Counted from the stretch's first letter, positions 25,160 through 39,049 are shown. The stretch is DNA of 64,000 bases from Camelus dromedarius (GCF_036321535.1 NC_087437.1:94552001-94616000), one strand, 5' to 3'. Numbers and translations: made by a program. The notes: a model not told the origin generated them from the letters alone.

Positions 25160-26015
25160 GCAAATTATTCATTTATTAACTAATTCAGTAAGCATTTATG
25201 AAGTGATTACTGTGTACCAAGCATTGGGGAAAAGGCAGAGGACAAGGCAGTGGAGGAGGCTGCTGTCATGAAATTTACATTCTGTAAGAGAAATAGACAA
25301 AAAAATTGGTAAGCCAATGTACAAGCTGGCCAGTTCTAGAAATTGATAAATAAACCAAATCGATAAAGAAACCAAAGCAGGACAACGTGGCTGGAGGAGG
25401 CTGGGAGTCAACAAGGCAGAGGAGGCTGTTTCAGTAGAGAACCGGAAGAGGAGGAGGGATCAGGCAAGCACAGGCCTGGAGGGAGAGTTTTAGGCAAAAG
25501 GAAAACACATGTAAGGGTACTAAGGCAGGAAAGTGTTCCTGGAACCAAAAAAAAGGCCAGAGGGGCTGGAATCAACTAAGCAAAAATGAGAATATTGTAT
25601 GATGATGTAGTTCGAGTCCAAATCCTATAGGATCACTATAGACAGAATTATGTCCCTGAAAATTCATACGCTGAAGCCCTAACTGCCAATGGGATGATAT
25701 TTGGAGATGAAGCCTTTGGGACAGACATAATCAAGTTTAGATGAAATCATGAGGGTGGGACCCTCATGATGGGATTAGTGGCCTTATAAGGAGAACCAGA
25801 TGCTCTGTCCACATAAGAACACGATGAGAATGTTGACATTCACAAGTCATGAAGAGTGTTCTCAGATTTCCAGCCTCCCAAACCATGAGAAATGCTTCTC
25901 TGCTGTCTAAGCCACCCACACTGTGGTATTTTGATAGAGTAGCCTGAGCAGACAAGACAAGGACCTTCATGTTAAAGCCCTTTGTATTTCATTGTAAGTA
26001 ACAAAGAAAGCAATG
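25160..26015 (-). mobile_element. L2 remnant split by an MLT1 LTR
   Basis: Antisense L2 tail 'ttattcatttatt...aagcatttatgaagtgattactgtgtaccaagcattgggga'. Continues after the LTR with 'ggaccttcatgttaaagccctttgtatttcatt'. Confidence 0.7.
25634..25959 (+). mobile_element. MLT1 (MLT1A/B-like) solo LTR
   Basis: 'ctatagacagaattatgtccctgaaaattcatacgctgaagccctaac...tttccagcctcccaaaccatgagaaat...agcctgagcagacaagaca'. 5-bp TSD aggat/aggac. Confidence 0.9.
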
Positions 26016-26028
26016 AATAGATTCTCCA

Positions 26029-26202
26029 TAACAACAAGGTCCTACTTTATAGCAGAAGAAACTATATTTAATATCTTGTAATAAACAATAAGAGAAAATA
26101 ATATAAATATATATATATATACATACATGTATAACTGAATCACTGTGCTGTACACCAGAAACTTATACAACATTGTAAGTCAACTATGCTTCAATAAAAA
26201 AG
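26029..26202 (+). mobile_element. Short L1 3' end with TSD
   Basis: 'aacaacaaggtcctactttatagcag...actgaatcactgtgctgtacaccagaaact...caataaaaaa'. Perfect TSD tagattctcca at 26018-26028 and 26203-26213. Confidence 0.92.
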
Positions 26203-29200
26203 TAGATTCTCCAGGGTAATTTTCAGGTTTAATAACTTTCATACACTCTAATAGTTCTAACCAAATGGGGAGCATAGACTGGGACACAAGCAAATCTATG
26301 ATTGACTCTCTAGATTGTCATTAAAAGTTCAATAGCACTTATTATTATGATTGTTATTATTATTACTCTGACTAGTGTTCAGATACTTGCTGGAAAAGTG
26401 TTTCAGTCTTTTTCATTAATAAATTGTCATTCCATGTTTGTTAAATTAAATCCAACATTACTTAGTTCTTAATTCACATTGCAAATAAACATTCCGAAAG
26501 GTATACAAGTTGCAGAAGGGGAAATGAACACTTTTGAAAATTTAGCATTTTTCTGTAAGTCTTCCTAAATCAGACATGCCATTTATAACGTAGATTGAAT
26601 TGTTCTGTTCCTCAGTAATGAATCCCATGGAAATGTGAGAAAGTAGAGCCATTGTTCCATTCTTTAGAACAGTAAAAACAAGATATGCTATTAGGTATGT
26701 GTGTGTTGTTTTGCTTGCTAATAAGAAAATGTAATTATTTTAAAGTTCCATGTGTGCTGTGAAAAAATTGATCACTGAATGCAAGTCCAGTAGTGAAGTA
26801 GAACTATGTGTTAGATAATAGATTAAGCCCAGTCAGTTCTCTCATTTCAAGTCCAGAACCTTATCTCTAACTACCAACTGGACATGTTCAGATGATTTTC
26901 CCATCATCACCTCTTCCTCAGTGTCAATAATTCAGAATCTTCCTCTACTTCTTTTTCTCCTCCCTCGATCTCCCCAAAACTAGAGCATCACTAGGGTATT
27001 CAAGAACCAGACAAATGACTTATTTAGTGTATCCCACATACTGTATATTCATGAAATCAGGCAAAAATTTCATAATATAAAGACTTGGAAGAAAAACAAT
27101 AACAACAAAGAAGGGGTAGATGACATCTTCTTACTGTCTGCTCTGTGCAGCCCATCTGCTTGTGAGGAAATGGAAAATGGCATTCTCACGTAGACTGTGT
27201 CAGTGGATGAGAAGATTACAGCTTGGGAGAGTGTATGTGTATGATCTTCAGGACTTGATGATCTTTATTTCATGCTTCTCCTCATCCATCCTCGTCTTAG
27301 TTACCTTTGCATGCTCTGAGGTTCCAGTGAGTCTGCTCACTGTCCACTAGTTAATTTTCATGGAACTTGGCAGTGTAATTTGTTTCTGCCCACATGCTGC
27401 TGTTGAGTAACACGTGCTTTCTCTATCCATTTCTAGAGGGGTTCTATTTAGGTATTTATCTAAGGTAGGAAAATATTAAATACTAGTTTCTAAGAAACCG
27501 TCACCAAATAGCATTTTAGAGATTAGAAAATGCATTGATGTATATTATACCATTTCCTTTGAGTTTCAGAAAAATCCTATTAGGTAAATTGGACAGATAT
27601 TATGTCATTTTAGAGATAAAAAGAAATTTGAAGGTCACCTAATTAACAATGTGAAGTCCAAGGCTAAGCAATTAGTTCATAATTCTTGCCTTACTCTTTA
27701 TTCTGCACCCTAACATGGTAAGATGCAAGTTTTTTTACCAAGAAAATGCAATTTGCAGTATTCAATATATGTATATCTTTAGGTTATTATTTTTGCAACT
27801 TGGAAAGGAAAAATATATACAAAAAATTTAAAAAATATACAGCCTATAATTTCTACCCAACGTAAGTAATATATAGTATTTCAGAAGTTTCCCACAACAG
27901 GTACTAAGGTTTTGTGAATATGCCCATCTCTGCACCTGTATTAATATCTACAATGTCATTTAAAAGTGGAATATTTTATACTAAACATTTTATCTAATTG
28001 GTTAGTTTCAAATAATTTTGAAGATAAATTTATCTATATGGGTAGGTTAAAAACGATCTAAATTTCAGTAACGGTAACTATAGATTACAGTATTTAAATT
28101 GTTAATGTAAATACTAAAATTTCATGAAAACTAAGATAATCTAATCAACTAAAAACATAAAAAGGAAAAATAAGTTATAGATTAAAACCTCAACATGAGA
28201 TATAAAATATTCCTCCTAGAAAAAAAACTGACTCATTTAGATAAAGGGCTCTGAAAGAGAATATTCTAAGAGCAATTTGATGCTTCTTCCAAATAGCTGT
28301 GAACTAGGCTAAATAAAAAAAAAGTTTTATATTAAATGTGAACAAATTTTAATTCATTTTTGAATTACTAATATTGCTTATATTCTTCAGTCTTCAAGTG
28401 GGTCAGCCTTATGAAAACCTGACTGAATATTATATTGTGCTAAGTTAAATATTCTTCCATGCAGTGTGTGCCACAGGGTCTCCCTTTAAAATGTGAAATT
28501 CCTATGCATTATAGGATCATTTGTTTCTTTTAATTTATACACTTTTGCTTATTCCTGCTTCCATCAAGCTTAAAAGAAAGACAACAAATATATGGAAGGA
28601 ATAGGTGGGGAAACTAAAATTCACCACTACATTTACATACACATGACTACCTTGAATCTTAGAGTCTATTTCCACAAATGCATTTAGGAAACCTCATGGG
28701 GACTCCAGAGAAATAGAATAAAAACTAGATGAGTTCTCTCTTTGAATCATGAGTTGCTGAGTGAAGGATTTCGTGAGTCAGAGCTGAACACAGCTAATAA
28801 AAAGGGCTTGCTTCTGTTGGCGGACAAAATATATATATATGCTTTTGTATGGATTAAGTCCAGATTTATTATTCTGAACTATTCACCCAGCATTAATCAT
28901 AAATCAATTTAGTGACAACTTTAAAGTATGAGAAAATTTTATATGCAGCTTGAATAATCCATTTAACAGGTCAAATCAATGATTTTGCTTCACGGTTTCT
29001 TTCAGTTGGGTTCGCCAGTGAAGCGCTTTCTCTTCACCCATTTTATTCTCTCAGGCAATCAAGGGCAGGGGGTACCCCACGGTAATTTGATACCCCTGTG
29101 TCAGGGAACACAAATCAACTTGAAAGGAACAGTATGCCTGGTTTAATGCCATATTTTACGCAGAACAAGAGAAATGACAGTTCCGAAGACTAAACTTAAA

Positions 29201-29719
29201 CCCTTGAAAAAGTAAATCTGGGGAATCTCATCCTTTAGGATTGCTTAGCTGTTACATATACATACACCTGGTTTTCCCCCAGAAAAATACTCCCCAGAGT
29301 GATTCCAAGCATGCTCTCTAGTTTATAATTACTTGGGAAGATGATAGGTAATGAATAGCTTCTCTCCCACCTGCCTGTGCAATGAAAAATGCTTTCTAAG
29401 CAAGTCAGACACATTATGCAGTTCATTGTGTAAAATAAATACACACACAGGTTGATATTTTAATCAAATAAATATCAAAGACTTTTAAATTTGATTTTTA
29501 CATCATTCTCAGGTACAGTTATGAATTATCACACTCTATAATGTGATGTATTCCTGTGAAAGTTCATTATATTTGAATAAATCTTTTTAGTTAGTGCATA
29601 TTGATTTTTTTTTTAAATATAGGCTGATGATTTGGCAGGTAAAACTGTCTAAAATGCCATCTCTGCACCTTCCTGACAACTCAAAAGCAAAGCAGTGAAG
29701 CCGTGGGGAGGAAGGAAGC

Positions 29720-29870
29720 TATAAAATTAGATCACTGTCTGAATCTTAGCTCATCGGTTTACTAGCTGAGTGATGGGGAACTCAGACGCTTTAAATTCTC
29801 AGTTACCTCTTCCATTAAATGCAAATAATAGAGGTTTTGTGAGGATTACACGAGACATTTCATTTAACTG
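29720..29870 (+). mobile_element. MIR remnant
   Basis: 'ctgaatcttagctc...tttactagctgagtga...ctcagttacctcttcc...aataatagaggttttgtgaggattacacgaga'. Confidence 0.65.
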
Positions 29871-31479
29871 AGAAGCAGACATTTTAATTTTATAATCAAA
29901 ATCATGCATTATTACTAGTAATGTTATTTATTTCTAAAATGTGGACCCATTACAAACCCCTAAATGTATACTGTGTATTGATATGAGTGAGGCTTGGAAG
30001 AATTTCTGTTAACCCTAATTAGCTAACATTAAGTTAAAAAAAATGTCAGCGTTTTTCTAATGCATTTCTGATGAGTAGTTTTATTCAGGAAGTTACAGTG
30101 AGACCTTTTCTTGGCACAGTTTTATAACCTGGGAAAGCGAATTAGAAATTTGTGACAGTGCGTGCACGTGCTATGAGAGAAAATAAATACTTTCAAGTTT
30201 GGGACTATCTTAAACTTCTAAATTATGTAAATTTGTGAGCAAATATAATAGTACAGATTCATACACTGAAGCAGAAAATTAGAGTCTGTGATTTTTAGAC
30301 ACTTTAATAATAAATCCTGTTAATTGCCACTGACAGTCCTTTAGAGACGAAAGATTATTGTATTTCCAGGTTTAGCCCAATGGCTGTGGAAAAATATTAT
30401 TCCTCACCAGTGGATGATCTAATTTAACTGAAGAGCAAACCCTATAAAATCAGAGTCGCTGACCTGGCTGATTAATGTGCTTAGTAATTCTATTACAGTA
30501 AAATGTCATTTAGGAAACCAACCACTGAAAGTCATCATTCTTTTGGCTAAGTTATTTTTAATTAGAGAATTCATATGTATTGTGAGGTCATATTTAAATT
30601 AGTGTATCATGTATATCTTATAGGTATTTACAGAAGTCATATGTAAAGCTACATTTCTTCTAGAGAAAGCCCAGCTAAACTTTTCAGGAGATGAAAGTGG
30701 ATGGATTTTAGCAAAATACCTTGTGGGTTTTTAATCTTTTTTTTCAAAGTTTGATAAGATACATTATGAAGGAAAGCATATTTTCAAGCATGTGTATGAC
30801 TTCAACTATTTCACCTTCCTCAAATGAATACTGTATCCCTTTTGAAACTGTGAAATAATCACAATACCCTGATTCTTACACATGCTCCCCCCAAAACTCT
30901 CTGAATGTCTTCCTTACTCTGTGTCAGAGACACCACTGGGGAAGAGGGGAGGCATGTCCATACCATGTTGAAACATTGTTGTGGGCAATTTCAATCAGAA
31001 TCAAGTACCAGAAAGAAGGTCAGATCAGTTGCTTGAACTGACCTGTCACTTCACTTAAATTACAACGAGCAGTTCAATAACACTATGAACCAGGTGGTGA
31101 AATGCGGGTGAATGTGCGTGGATTAAAGTCATCGAAGTTTGTGACTGGTATTGCTGACACAATGGTTAGACTTAGTACAGCTTTGAAGTAAACTTTTCAA
31201 TTAAAGTGAGACAAATATGCTTATGATTACCTATGTATTTTTTTAACCAAGTTGACACTGTTTCAGAATTTCGTTTTAACAAAGGACATTAAGATGAAAA
31301 ATTGCTCACCAGAAATTTTCTCAAATAAAAGTATATTTTATCCATCACATCTAAAAGAGAAATGCAGTAGAAAATTTCATATACATTATTATGCAAAATG
31401 TAATAAATACTATATTATTAAGGATTTGGAATAGTACTCATTCAAACCCTTTTGAATCCTAAGAGTTATATACAGAGAG

Positions 31480-31890
31480 TAAAGACATTGAAAAGGTAAT
31501 TCCCATGGCCTTAAGTAAGCACTACCTAACAAGAGTACAGAGTTGCCCACGAAAAGTGGGACTTAACAGTTGATGGGGAACTTCAAAGTGCCGTGGGGAC
31601 ATGTTAAAGAAGAAATTTGGTTTTCAGGACACACTTACCAGAGAAGATAAAAGTGAAACTAGAGAGTGAAGGAGTTTGCTGAGCTGGAAATAAAGATCTG
31701 GGACATTAAGTGCACTGCAGACAGAAATTAGTACAAGAAAAGGCTGAAATGCATGTGTTTATCAGAGAATGGATTGTTGTGACTGGAGCATGAGTGTCTC
31801 TTGGTTGGAGATGGAGTGGTAGGCGGGAGTATGAATTGGTAATTGTTGATGTTGGGGGATGGTTGCCTGAGAGCTTATTACATGGTCCTC
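31480..31890 (-). mobile_element. L2 remnant
   Basis: Purine-rich antisense L2 text 'aaagtgccgtggggac...ttcaggacacacttaccagagaagat...ttgttgtgactggagcatgagtg'. Confidence 0.45.
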
Positions 31891-34799
31891 TAGACTTTTT
31901 GAAAATTTAATATTAAGTGCATATTCACACATATACTCTCCTACTCACACTCAGGGCCGTCAGGAAACTAGATTTGGGTGTCGTCCATGTTCGGGGGTGC
32001 TCAGTTACTCCAGGGACACATGTCAAGTAGTAGACTCAGACTGTGACGAGCCAGATAAGAATACCTCATTAGGCATTTACAGATTAAAAAAAGGTGCAGA
32101 AGTGCTTGCAAGGAATAGTCACATCAGCACATTGTTGCAGATGATATTCCTGAATGGGATGTGTAGGCAGGATGTGTGCTGGGGCCCTGGTATCCTGGAT
32201 CAGGTGCAGCGCATCAGTGTTGCTGGAATCTAAAACGCAACGTGACCACAGTATTCACTAGAGTGCAGTCCGTCAGGAGTGAAATTCACATTGTTGACCT
32301 CAGCCTCCCCTGCCAGCCTGGTCCAAGACCAAGACAAACTAGTTGGGTCCAGAAACTTACCTGATCTTATTGCTGAAGAGCTGGAAGAAATGGAGTAATG
32401 ATCTTATGCGATATTCTAAAAGCCATGCTAACGCGAACTTATGCTACTTACTGGGTCTAGAGCTGATACTGAAACTAAGGAATTGGATACAATTACACAG
32501 AGAGATATGAGGATACCAAAGACCCTGTGAAATCTTCACCTTGAGGATGGTTTAAATGTAACTTGTAGAAATAAAATAATTTCATTTAATGTATATTTTA
32601 TCAAATCAACTTGTATTGCATTATTTGGACAACTTCTTGAATTTATAGGCAATGGCATATATAAGTCTCTAAATTCTGGACTTATAAGCTAAATCATATT
32701 TTATGAAAATATTGCCAAGTACTGCTGAAGTGTCTTTTCCATTTTGTTTTACAATAAAAGTGTAAGAAACTTTTTGAATTATTGTGTTATAAATTCATCA
32801 TCTGTTGTAAGAGTAGCTGAAACTCTTTGGTAAAATGTGTCAAATTTCAATGCCCTGAGATATGTCATTACTGCAACTTATCAAACAATGTTGGCTCATG
32901 TACTAGAATTACAGTAACCTCTAAGGAATTATGAAAAATAATCATATTAGTGAAAGAATTATTACAAGTTTCAAAGCCTAGGTTTAAGTCCACATTGATG
33001 CCACATGTAAAATTAATCTTCACGTCTTTGCAGAATTCCTTTGGGCAAAAGCCCACGTCGTAAAATCAAACGTAATGATGAATAGACACTTTTTACTCCA
33101 AAGAAGTCCAGGAAAAAAATTTCACTGCATGATTGGGCATATGTGTTATGTAGGATTTTACCTCCTTCTTAACCATGAAAAACTGTCCTGTATGTGATAT
33201 TATACTAAAAAGATTAATAGTTTGATGTACTATGCAAATCTTTATATAAAGCTGAAAGATGTAGCATTTTTATTTTTTTCCAAACTTCAAATAGTTTAAA
33301 TAAACAGCACTGGCTTGTCCAAGAATGATATCAATTAAACAAAGTCTTAGTACTATAAAAAATTAAATGCATATTTTACTTTTATTTTTTCATGTTCATC
33401 TATAAAAACATATGCTTTAAAATGCAAGGAATATTGCATCATGGTTCTTTAGTAAAAGACCTAAACATATATTAAATTATTTGATAATTAATCTGGAGAC
33501 AGCCTATTCTTCGTAAATTTTAAAAAGACAACTTACCACATATATTTCCTAAATAACTAGTATAAATGATAACTTAAAGTTCTTTTCAATTTTTTTGCAT
33601 GTTTCTATTTATCTATTCTAAAATAAAAGAGGCACTGAGGAATGTTTCCATAACAAAATATCTCGATATTTCTGTTTTGTAAAACTTGAAATATGTGCAA
33701 TATTCCTTTGAAAAGGTTGCATGATAGAAAATATATTGATAGTCAGCTGTAAAGATGTTTCAGTTGATAAACTATTTGGCTGCCATGTTTTACATATTAT
33801 TCTGAACTCTGCTAAGATATGAGATTTTTTTTTTTGAGAAACACTATCACTGACAGAATATTGGAGGAAAACTCTCGCTACCACTCCACCATTGTCATCT
33901 GGTAGGGCTTTTTTTAAATTCTAATGAGCATGGTCTGTCTTGTATACAGACACTAGCCTCTGCTATTTGATATGCACAGAAATTCAATCAGATGTTTAAT
34001 TACATCCTAACATGAGTTCCAAACAGCTGGCTAATTCCCTTGTTTCTGATTAAAAAGATTACAAAAAATAAACCCTAACATGGCATTTACATACAACTCA
34101 AAAATGAAACATTATTAATAAGTTTTACACATTTAAGAGATGAGAGTTTTTTTTTTTTTAAACACTGGGACAACGGTTTCTAGAACAATGAAACACTTTA
34201 ACCCAGTGGCTGGGAAGGGGGGATACAGTCATTTGGAACGTTAGCAGTTTGAAGAAGCTGTCAGATAAACATTTGTTAGCACAGCGTATAGTCTTGCTGT
34301 CACTGATGAACCAAGGTTAGTAATACACATTTGGGCTTGCAACTGACCAACAGTGAGTATTTCAGACGCACGAGGGCAGCCACTTAAGTGGAGCACTGCT
34401 GACAGCTTGATTTGGGTCACGCATGTTTGTGACACTATCAACCATAATGTGCCCTACTTTTCTCATGTAGACAAAATCTCTCAGTATTTTTTAGCACTAT
34501 CAAATGAAATATTATTCTTTCTAAACCTCCTTGCAATGTGTTAGTGAAGCATGTTTTCATTTGCCTTAAATCTTCAAAGTAAGAGAATTGCTGGGAAAAT
34601 GAATCGGACACTCTTGGTTACTGTGCTACTTCTCTCATGAATGGGGCAAATACGTTAAATTGGTATGAACTCTTTGAGACACAAAATCTTTAGACATCCA
34701 AAGTCCAAAGGCTATCAGACATGGATGTAAGAATGTTGCCTAAAATTATGTAATGTGTGTAACCTCTGAGTTCTCTTTATGTTTTTGGTGATCATATTC

Positions 34800-35315
34800 A
34801 TGGAACTTACTCTCTCAGAAACATTTCATAAAGCTACAGTGCATGACACTGACACTGGACTAGACACACAGACAAATAGGACTTGGAACAGACTAGTTTA
34901 TGATACACATCTGTTTATGCGTGTTTGTGCATGTGTATGTATGCATGGGTGTGTTTTTGTATGTGTATATACAGACGTATCAATTTGGAAAGCTCTCTGG
35001 GATATACATCTGCAATGTGAAGAACATTTAAGAACAATCCTGATAGGAAAAGGACTCGCCTACACAAAACATTATTTTGTTGCTTATATACACTTATATA
35101 AAGTTATTTCGAAATATTTTGTAGCAGTTTAAAAAGTATATATAGGGGCATGTGTGTACTGATGGATAGATCTCCAGGATATATTAATAAAAAAGCAAGA
35201 TATACGACCAGGGAATGACAGGTATTACTTAATCCTACCATATTATAAATTATCTGTACATATATAGTAAACATGTACATGCATAGACAAAAAAAAATAC
35301 TATGGAAAAAACCCC
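34800..35315 (+). mobile_element. Old L1ME-type remnant
   Basis: ORF2-like 'cataaagctacagt...cactggactagacacacagacaaatagg' and L1ME 3' UTR-like 'actgatggatagatctccaggatatattaataaaaaagcaag'. Confidence 0.55.
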
Positions 35316-35317
35316 TC

Positions 35318-35662
35318 TGTTTTAGACCATTCAAGCTGCTATAACAGAATACCATAGATGGGGTGGCTTATATACAAGAGAATTTTATTTCTTACAGCCC
35401 TGGACTCTGGGAGGTCCAAGATCAAGGCTCTGTCTGATTTGGTGTCTGGTGAGAGTCCACTTTTTGGTTCATAGACAGAGCCATCTTCTCTCTGTGATTG
35501 TCTGGAGTCTCTTTTATAAGGACTTTAATCCCATTCATCGACACTCCATCCTCACGAATTAATCATCTCCTAAAAGTCCCATATCCTAATATTATCACTT
35601 TAGGGAATTATGATTTCAACATATGCACTCTGTGGGAGGACACGAAAACTCAACCTATAGCA
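35318..35662 (-). mobile_element. MLT1A/A0-like solo LTR
   Basis: TG...CA termini. 'gctgctataacagaataccataga...ggtccaagatcaagg...ttggtgtctggtgagag...gatttcaacatatg'. TSD ccctc/cccac. Confidence 0.9.
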
Positions 35663-36967
35663 CCCACAGACTGGTGAAAGGGGTGGTATTGAGAGAGAAG
35701 AAATCAAGAGCTGAGGATCTGCTTCTCTGGTCTCATGACTTTCCTTCATGGACACAGATGATTGCAGCAGCTCCAGACATCATGCATCATTTCCTTACCT
35801 GTCAACACACTTGTAAGGACTGACAGAGATAAAGCTCCTGGATTTCTTTTATTACAGAAATATATTCTGGGAATAATATGTGTTCTCTTCTGTAGAAATT
35901 CAGTAGTTCACACTGAATTACAGTGTCCTAAATAACACAGGTAAATGCACTTTTAGAGAAGGGATATCAGCAGTTTATTGTAGGGAATCTGACACCAAGC
36001 TCTACAGTGGAATTTTTAAATTCACTTCACATAAAAATATGCTAATTTTTAATGGGTCCCGAAAATGGATATCAATTGGATTCCCACTGTACTCCTAGGA
36101 GTTTGGTTATTGAAAGTGGATACGTTCATAAATATTCTGAATGGTAATTGAAAACTTAAATCTTCACTAACTCTTTTATAATTCTGGAAAATAGAGTTGA
36201 ACTTCATGGGATAGGAGATCTGGGAGTTAGTCCTATAAAACGTCTTCCAGGAGAGACTGGGTAAAAGATGATTTAACATTTAACTAAGAAAAGCATAGAC
36301 AAGCATTGCAGTGGATCATAAGGACCAAAGACAAAAGCAGAGAGCTATCTAAATGTGCACGTGAGAAGTAAAAGCTACAGTCATTAGTATGCATCCTGAG
36401 GGAGTCAAATGCAGAGAGGATCAGAAGCCCCTGATCAAGGTTCAAGGGGAGGTCAGGTGAGTGCCTGCAGGATCAGATTCAAATTCTATTTGGAGACAGG
36501 AAATCTAGGAGGCTTAATTTTTAGATAGCCCCAATAAATCTGTCAATAGATGGATGAGCTTTTTGATGAGGGAACAGCAGCCCCCAAGGCTGAGGACTGA
36601 ACCTTGAGTGTGCTGTACATTTAGTTCTTTTGAAAACCATCCAAAAGAAAAGCACTGATAAGAAAGGAAAGATTAACATTTCCTACTTTGGAGAAAGCAC
36701 CAAGTAACATATATTTTTCCTTTCTTTAAAACAGAGTTACAGAGATTTTTAGGCTCTATCAAAGGGCAGAATGTAACAATATGCTCATTAGGACTTGGCG
36801 TAGCTGATATTAGCAGGTAAACCGAGCAATTTCTACTAGAATCAACCAAGTTGATTTAACTGAGGAGACAGCTAGGAAGGATATCTAGGAACTTACTGTG
36901 GCTGGCAGGCGACAGTGCCAGCTATGGAATATACTGGATTCCTTTTTATTCTCCATAGAGATGGTGA

Positions 36968-37446
36968 TATACTAGTTTTTTTTTAATTGTTTCTGTGATA
37001 GATTATCAAAAACTTAGTGGCTTAATTAAAACAACACAAATTTATTATAGTTCTATAAGTCCAAAATGGCTCTCCTTGGGCTAAAGTCAGCATATCATTA
37101 GGGCTGCATTCGTTTCTGAAGGATTTATTTTCTTACCTTTTCCATCTTTTAAGAGGCTGCTCATGTGCCCATATTTCATCTTCAAATCCAACAATGGCTG
37201 TTTGAGTTTTTCTCACGTCACATCACAGTGACATTCCCTCTTCTGCTTCCCTCTGCCTTAAAGATCCTTGTGATTTGGACCAAAGATATCGGACTCACCC
37301 AGATAAACCAGGATAATCTCCTTATTTTAAGGTCAGCTGAATATCACCCTTAATTCCTTCTGCAACCTTAATTCCTATTTTCCTTGTAAAATAACATATT
37401 TATAGGTGTTTGGAATTAGGAGGTGGACAGCTTTCTGCCTACCACA
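36968..37446 (-). mobile_element. MLT1D-like solo LTR
   Basis: 'aaacttagtggctt...aacaacacaaatttatt...cacccagataaaccaggataatctccttattttaaggtcagctga...tctgcctaccaca'. Confidence 0.88.
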
Positions 37447-37787
37447 GTGTAAAATCTGCCAAGATATAAACCTCCATTGCATACTGTTTTGAAACTTGAA
37501 TACAAGAAAGTAAATATAGTAGACTCTTAATACTTAAAAGATATTTCTGTATTCCCAAAGAGTTATATACATATTAAAATATGTTAATTAGAGCCAGAGG
37601 CAAAATACATTAAGTTAATATATACCGAAGGGCTATCATAGCTTCAGAATCACATTATACACTTAAGGAGAAGAAAGGAAGCCCAGAATTGACCCACTCT
37701 TTATCCTCACTTTCTAGAGGCCACAAAAGTATCATATGTTTCCACATGTTTCAATGCAAAAAGAGTAGCAATAATATCACTCCCCAA

Positions 37788-37872
37788 GTGGGTGGGTATA
37801 GCTTAATGGTAGAGTGTGTACTTTGCATACATAAGGTCCTGAGTTCAGTCCCCAGTACCTCCATTAAAAAAT
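37788..37872 (+). mobile_element. tRNA-Ala-derived camelid SINE (vic-1 type)
   Basis: GTGGGTGGGTATAGCTTAATGGTAGAGTGTGTACTTTGCATACATAAGGTCCTGAGTTCAGTCCCCAGTACCTCCA with an A-rich tail. TSD atatcactcccca / atatcacttccaca. Confidence 0.9.
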
Positions 37873-38629
37873 ATATATATCACTTCCACATAAATGTTTA
37901 CTTTTGATATCATTTCAACTGTTAAACTTACTATAAGAGAAAAAATTTTAAAGCAGGAAAATTTATATAACCTTATCCCATCAAGTCATCATATTGCATT
38001 AGAAATTATGTAGAATTATAATAATAATTAGTGTTTTCAAATATTTTACAGAGCAAGTAAAAAGAAACTACTAGGTTTTACATAACTAATGATCAAATGG
38101 ATAATACAGAAAATGTTTCAAATACTCACAAAGATAAATCATCACTGGAGTCCCCAAAGACTGAAACTGTCAAGGCAAAAGAACTGTATTTTATTCCTTC
38201 CCCTTTCTTTTGTACACCTCTCCCACAGTATCACACTCCCTATGCCCCTTCTGTGACCCAGGCCTGCCCAGGCACCAGAATATTCTATCCTAGACGAAAA
38301 TCTTGCCTCTTATGTTCAACAGAGCTTAATCTTTCTTCAAAGTACTTAAAACATTAAAAAAAAAAAAAAAGCAGTCTGATTAATATAACTATTACAGATG
38401 ATGACTGAGTGATAATCCCCTGAACACAATTCAATGTAAAAGGATTAATCTAAGTGAAACCACAAATGATTGAATTTCTAACAATGCAACATAATGGCGT
38501 GAAATGGCTTCTGGGGTGAAGGAAATATTCTGAGGCTGCTGTGCTTTGAGAGCAGGTCCTTTTCTGAACTGTTCCTGATTTCTGCTTCCTTCTTTTCCTC
38601 TGAACCTGTAGACTCTTTTAAAGTTCTAA

Positions 38630-38693
38630 GTTTTTTTGGGTTTTGTTTTTGGTTTGTTTTTTGTTTTTGTTTTTTTTTTGTTTTGTTTTGTTT
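38630..38693. repeat. (GTTTT/GTTTTT)n simple repeat
   Basis: Imperfect T-rich tandem repeat. Confidence 0.85.
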
Positions 38694-39049
38694 GCAGTAG
38701 CAACTTGGATTCCAATAGTTCAGGAGAGAGAGGAGATCAGAGACGTGCATTTGTATTTGAACAATGTTTGTGTAACATATGAGAAAATATCAGTGGCTTG
38801 AATATGTACTGGCTGGTGGTGGTCTCTCTTTAACAGTTCTAAAATTTGAGAAATTCTGGATTCAGATTGTGTTGAATAATAGTCACTCCTAGCGACTATT
38901 TTGGATTCATTTTTTTCAGTTACTTGCTGAGCAGTTCTACGTGGATGCCTTGTCATTTTATAGTAAGTCTGTCACCGAATTTATCTTTCTTTCACATTTA
39001 TTTGGAAAAATAATAGAAAACATAAAATTCTGGAGTCATCTTGTTTGTT

